DNA of 10,377 nucleotides from Fidelibacterota bacterium (GTDB lineage Bacteria > Fidelibacterota > Marinisomatia > Marinisomatales > S15-B10), in contig PBTS01000028.1 in the NCBI GenBank assembly GCA_002729175.1, positions 42,340-52,716 of the forward strand. The letters run 5' to 3'. The position numbers and the translations under genes are program-made. Below, in pieces: positions 6,926-10,377 of this stretch. A model generated the notes under the pieces. That model searched no databases, had not been told where the DNA came from, and saw nothing but the letters and a program-made list of their open reading frames with translations. Each line of letters opens with the position of its first letter. Position 1 is the first letter of the stretch.

Positions 6926-9385
6926 TTAGTTTCCACTCCAGCCGCACCAGTCATCACCGCCCATGCCGATGGGTGAACCTGCCGGCGGATCCACCGGCTC
7001 CGGCACGGTGACTGAAGACGGGTCGTCCGTGAATTGCTGGATGAGATGGGTGGCATAGCCATAATGGGCTTTTAGCCCCTCGTTCCGTTCCCGTTTTTCC
7101 TGACTGTTTAGCCATTCATTCAATTCACCGATTTTCATCATAGCCACGGCCTTTGCTTGATGGGAAGCTGACCCGTGACTGGCAAGCCCCATAAGGTAAT
7201 GCAGGGTTACCATGTCCACCACTTTCTGGATCTCCCCGTCAAGACCGCTTTTACGGCTGGCATACCAGGTGTTTTTGAAAACGGTGTTAATCACTTCGTC
7301 AAGGTCAGGATTTTTTGAATCTCTGGCGTGGTATTCCACAAGTCGGGCTGCTCTTTCGTGATGAAGGACCATCTGCATGGTCAACCCGGCTGCTGTTTCC
7401 GCTGCCGCGAGGGCGTCGAAAGCAACACCGGTGTGAACGTTGAATGTTTCCCTTGTTCTCGGATAACCGAAAGCTCGGGGAGGGATTAGATCGAGCACAT
7501 CTGCCGGAATGGCCAGCGCCTTAGGCGTCACTGTATTCATGAGGGCATCCAGAGCTCTCCGCTGTTCCTTTGGATCTATAATCTTTACTACTGGCTGACC
7601 GTCTCCCCGAACAGCGTAACGAAATTCCAGACCACCCACCACTTTCGAGGCAGCCTCTAGCTGATAGCGGTGATGGAGATAAAGAGGTACCAACACTTCT
7701 TCCAGAGATGAGTAGGGTGCTCCCTCTCTGATGTTGGCTTCACCAAAGTTGGACAGGGCAATGCCTCTCACTTTCATGAGGTGATTCAGCTGATCAACAG
7801 CGTTTTCACCGTTGTCCCAAAGATGTGCCTGGGGGTGGGCGCTTCCCAGCGGCCGGGCATCCTGATCCGTGATGAACCAGAGGCCCCGATTCCAAGCATT
7901 ACTTAGAACTTTTTCCAGTTCGCTATTTTCATTGGTTCCTTTAGAAAAGTCCCTGTAAGCGTACTCCACAGCTACCTTATCCCATTCACCGATATCCGTA
8001 TCGTAAGCATGGGACCAGTCCAGAGTGCCGTTGCTGCGTATTTTCATCATGGGATGCGGATAGTCCATGACAGAAGCCCGGCCTTGAGCACTAGAGATGT
8101 AGTTATGAGGAAGTCCTAAAGTGTGACCAATTTCATGAGCTACAAGCTGGCGAAGACGGGCTAGAGCCAACTCTCTCATGTCATCAGGAACCTTAGTGCC
8201 ATTTTCGTAAGGTGCCATAAGGCCCTCGGCAATGAGGTAATCCTGTCTTAGTCTGAGGGAACCCAATACTACGTGACCTTTGAGAATTTCCCCTGTTCTT
8301 GGGTCGCGGACAGAACCACCATAGGACCAGCCTCTTGTGGCCCGGTGGACCCAGTTAACAACATTATATCGGATGTCCATGGGGCTGACGTCTTTCGGAA
8401 GTAGTTTGACCACAAATCCATCTTTATATCCTGCTGCATCAAAAGCCTGGTTCCACCACCGGGCTCCGTCAAAAGCGGCGGATCGGACTGGCTCCGGCAT
8501 ACCGGGATCGATGTAGTAAACGATGGGTTCCACCGGTTCTCCGCGCCGACCGGAGGTATTCTTTCGATTGAGCCGGTGACGGCTGATCACTTTCTTTACA
8601 ATGCGCTCATCCAGCGATGTTGCATAGTCCATGTAGGTTAGACCATTCATACCGGCACGGGGATCAAACTTCCGTGTTTCATATCCAGCCTCGGGAAGTT
8701 CAACAAATGCATGGTGTTGTCGAACCGTGACAGCCGAGGCGGTAGGGGAGACGTCCCGGATGTAGCGTCCTTCGGGAGTCCCCACAAATGTGAGAGTTAC
8801 CTCGAATTCAGAATTATTAGGGAAGTTCTCTGTCCTGGGTAGGTAAAAAGCAGACCGGGACTCATCCATTTTATAGCTTCCCTGTCGTGACTGTTTCAGT
8901 CTTCCTGCCACATTATGGGCATCTCGAAGGAAAAATTTTGTGGCGTTTACAAGCACGGTCTTGCCGCTTTCCGCCTCAACTTTAAAACCCCAGTGGGTGG
9001 ATCGAGCGAAGGCATCCTCTACAGCTTTTCTTTCAGCTTCATCTTCGGAGACGGCCCGATAACCATAATTCTGTTCCACCATGAGTACTTTGGGACCAAC
9101 TCGTTCAAACAGTACCAGATGACTTCCGCCCAGCTGTGCTCTATCCAGACCGATATCGTTTGAGCCGATACCAGCGGACAGTGATCTGATGTAGAGCAAT
9201 TCAGAATCGAACTTGTCGATCTTCATAAACATCTCACCGGTGGCATCATTCCAGTAAAAGTCCATGAAACCTTCATAGGGTTTCATCCCTTTTGTTTTTT
9301 CCTGGATGGAGGGAAGGTCAGCGCCGTAGAGTGAGACGGCGAAAAGTGGCAAGACGAACCATAAGCTTATTTTTCTGTTATTCAT
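6926..9385 (-). CDS. Secreted zinc-dependent metalloprotease (metzincin; DUF5117/DUF4953 EcxA-like architecture)
   Basis: 819 aa with signal peptide MNNRKISLWFVLPLFAVSLYG, zinc motif HEIGHTLGLPH (HExxHxxGxxH) and Met-turn SVMDY. Family-typical segments are FDPRAG, PIVYYIDPG, WWNQAF, DPRTGEILKG and the C-terminal PPAGSPIG. Confidence 0.92.
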   Translation of the reverse strand: MNNRKISLWFVLPLFAVSLYGADLPSIQEKTKGMKPYEGFMDFYWNDATGEMFMKIDKFDSELLYIRSLSAGIGSNDIGLDRAQLGGSHLVLFERVGPKVLMVEQNYGYRAVSEDEAERKAVEDAFARSTHWGFKVEAESGKTVLVNATKFFLRDAHNVAGRLKQSRQGSYKMDESRSAFYLPRTENFPNNSEFEVTLTFVGTPEGRYIRDVSPTASAVTVRQHHAFVELPEAGYETRKFDPRAGMNGLTYMDYATSLDERIVKKVISRHRLNRKNTSGRRGEPVEPIVYYIDPGMPEPVRSAAFDGARWWNQAFDAAGYKDGFVVKLLPKDVSPMDIRYNVVNWVHRATRGWSYGGSVRDPRTGEILKGHVVLGSLRLRQDYLIAEGLMAPYENGTKVPDDMRELALARLRQLVAHEIGHTLGLPHNYISSAQGRASVMDYPHPMMKIRSNGTLDWSHAYDTDIGEWDKVAVEYAYRDFSKGTNENSELEKVLSNAWNRGLWFITDQDARPLGSAHPQAHLWDNGENAVDQLNHLMKVRGIALSNFGEANIREGAPYSSLEEVLVPLYLHHRYQLEAASKVVGGLEFRYAVRGDGQPVVKIIDPKEQRRALDALMNTVTPKALAIPADVLDLIPPRAFGYPRTRETFNVHTGVAFDALAAAETAAGLTMQMVLHHERAARLVEYHARDSKNPDLDEVINTVFKNTWYASRKSGLDGEIQKVVDMVTLHYLMGLASHGSASHQAKAVAMMKIGELNEWLNSQEKRERNEGLKAHYGYATHLIQQFTDDPSSVTVPEPVDPPAGSPIGMGGDDWCGWSGN

Positions 9386-9391
9386 GATTAA

Positions 9392-9397
9392 CTCCTT
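9392..9397 (-). promoter_or_regulatory. Shine-Dalgarno site of the metalloprotease
   Basis: On the minus strand, AAGGAG (ctcctt on +) lies 6 nt before ATG 9385. Confidence 0.75.
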
Positions 9398-9436
9398 TTC
9401 ATTTGAAGATTTGAAAGAACAATATACAAAAGTGGG

Positions 9437-10321
9437 CTATGATTCCCACGCCGGGCAGGCGAGATTTTTGTAATCGCACCAGTCGCAGTGGTACCCACTA
9501 CAGGGTTCAAATCGTTTGGCACGAATGCCCCGGGCTACATCGGCAATCTTTTCCCGTATGGCATCGAGGTCCTTTTCCGTGAAAGTGTGGCTGTGCTCAG
9601 GCTGTTCCTCATTGCGGAGGAAGTAGAGTGTTGCCGTTTCCGGGATGCCTGCCAGCTTTTCATCTTCAGTCTGCTGGAGATAAAGGCTGTAAATACCGAG
9701 CTGGACAGAGTTTTTGGCTGGTGTGGATCGCTTGCTGGTTTTGTAGTCGACCACCTTGTTCCCGTTTGGGGAATTGTCTATACGATCGATCATGCCAACG
9801 ATACGGATGCCATCAAGGTCGAAGGAAAATTTTAATTCCGTATCCAGAACATGTGGAGGTTCCTGTTTGGTATTATCGACATATCGTTTCAGCATTTCCA
9901 CCGCTTGTTCCTTCAGCTTTTCTTCACGTTGCATGTAAGTAAATTCTCCACTTTTCCACTCTTCATCGAGAATCTGAAGAATTTGATCTTCAGTTATTTC
10001 TCCTTCGGAACCATGGAAGCGTTCCAGCACCTTATGAATAATATTCCCAAATGTGAGCTGTGGTCGGCTGGCTGATTCGGGGATCTTGTCTATCTGTTTA
10101 AATCTGTATTTCAGGGGACACTCCAAGTAGGTCTCAACGGCACTTGCGGAGAGTGACAGGGCTTCTCCTGGAGAGGGGACAAAGTTGTCACTGAGTTCAT
10201 TTCGCAACTCTTTTTCCCACGGTTCGTCACCCCACTCTATAGTTTCACCGGCGTGAAGCTTGTGGAGGGCATCCAGTGCCTTGATTATCATTTCAGCGTT
10301 GGTGTAGTCATTCTGAGCCAC
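9437..10321 (-). CDS. RecB/AddB/Cas4-like PD-(D/E)XK nuclease with predicted 4Fe-4S staple; start uncertain, possibly the detached C-terminus of a helicase-nuclease
   Basis: Motifs are LSASAVETYLECPLKY (first Cys), GNIIHKVLE, GMIDRID, VVDYKTS, QLGIY (RecB-type QxxxY) and HCDWCDYKNLACP (three Cys). The frame stays open upstream of GTG 10321 to 10369, then hits TAA at 10372-10370. Confidence 0.85.
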   Translation of the reverse strand: MAQNDYTNAEMIIKALDALHKLHAGETIEWGDEPWEKELRNELSDNFVPSPGEALSLSASAVETYLECPLKYRFKQIDKIPESASRPQLTFGNIIHKVLERFHGSEGEITEDQILQILDEEWKSGEFTYMQREEKLKEQAVEMLKRYVDNTKQEPPHVLDTELKFSFDLDGIRIVGMIDRIDNSPNGNKVVDYKTSKRSTPAKNSVQLGIYSLYLQQTEDEKLAGIPETATLYFLRNEEQPEHSHTFTEKDLDAIREKIADVARGIRAKRFEPCSGYHCDWCDYKNLACPAWES

Positions 10322-10377
10322 TGCTCGCTGGAGCCTGATCTGATACTTCTTTTTCAGGTCTAACGTCAGTTAGGCTT

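Noticed and set aside
6981..6998. GC-rich inverted repeat GCCGG-CGGATCCA-CCGGC as a terminator for the S10 gene
   Set aside because: It has no U-tract and is explained by the Pro-rich codons of the metalloprotease tail.
9437..10321. Calling the nuclease cas4 or part of a CRISPR/defence system
   Set aside because: There is no repeat-spacer array, cas1/cas2 or other defence gene in the window, and the motifs are shared with AddB/AdnAB-type repair nucleases.

Overview
This is a gene-dense bacterial chromosomal window with 8 supported CDS. I see no rRNA, tRNA, CRISPR array or mobile element. On the + strand are a 5'-truncated rmuC and then a tightly spaced three-gene cassette of predicted exported proteins: an FGE/SUMF1-fold protein, a Tat-signal Gfo/Idh/MocA oxidoreductase and a Tat-signal Hyi/xylose-isomerase-like TIM-barrel protein. 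Next come a - strand HSD10-type SDR, a divergent secreted S10 serine carboxypeptidase (+), a convergent secreted DUF5117/DUF4953-type metzincin (-), and a RecB/AddB/Cas4-like PD-(D/E)XK nuclease with four Fe-S cysteines (-). The protein families suggest an FCB-superphylum heterotroph, possibly Marinimicrobia-like (inference only). The best candidate for an undescribed system is the exported cassette. Its FGE-fold protein lacks the FGE catalytic cysteines but carries a DGISGAT motif matching the ApbE FMN-attachment consensus, so it may be a flavinylated redox partner of a periplasmic keto-sugar/glycoside pathway. Also notable are a multi-stem, possibly pseudoknotted leader at 5238-5381, a lone C-terminal Cys in the metzincin, and an in-frame stop just upstream of the nuclease domain.
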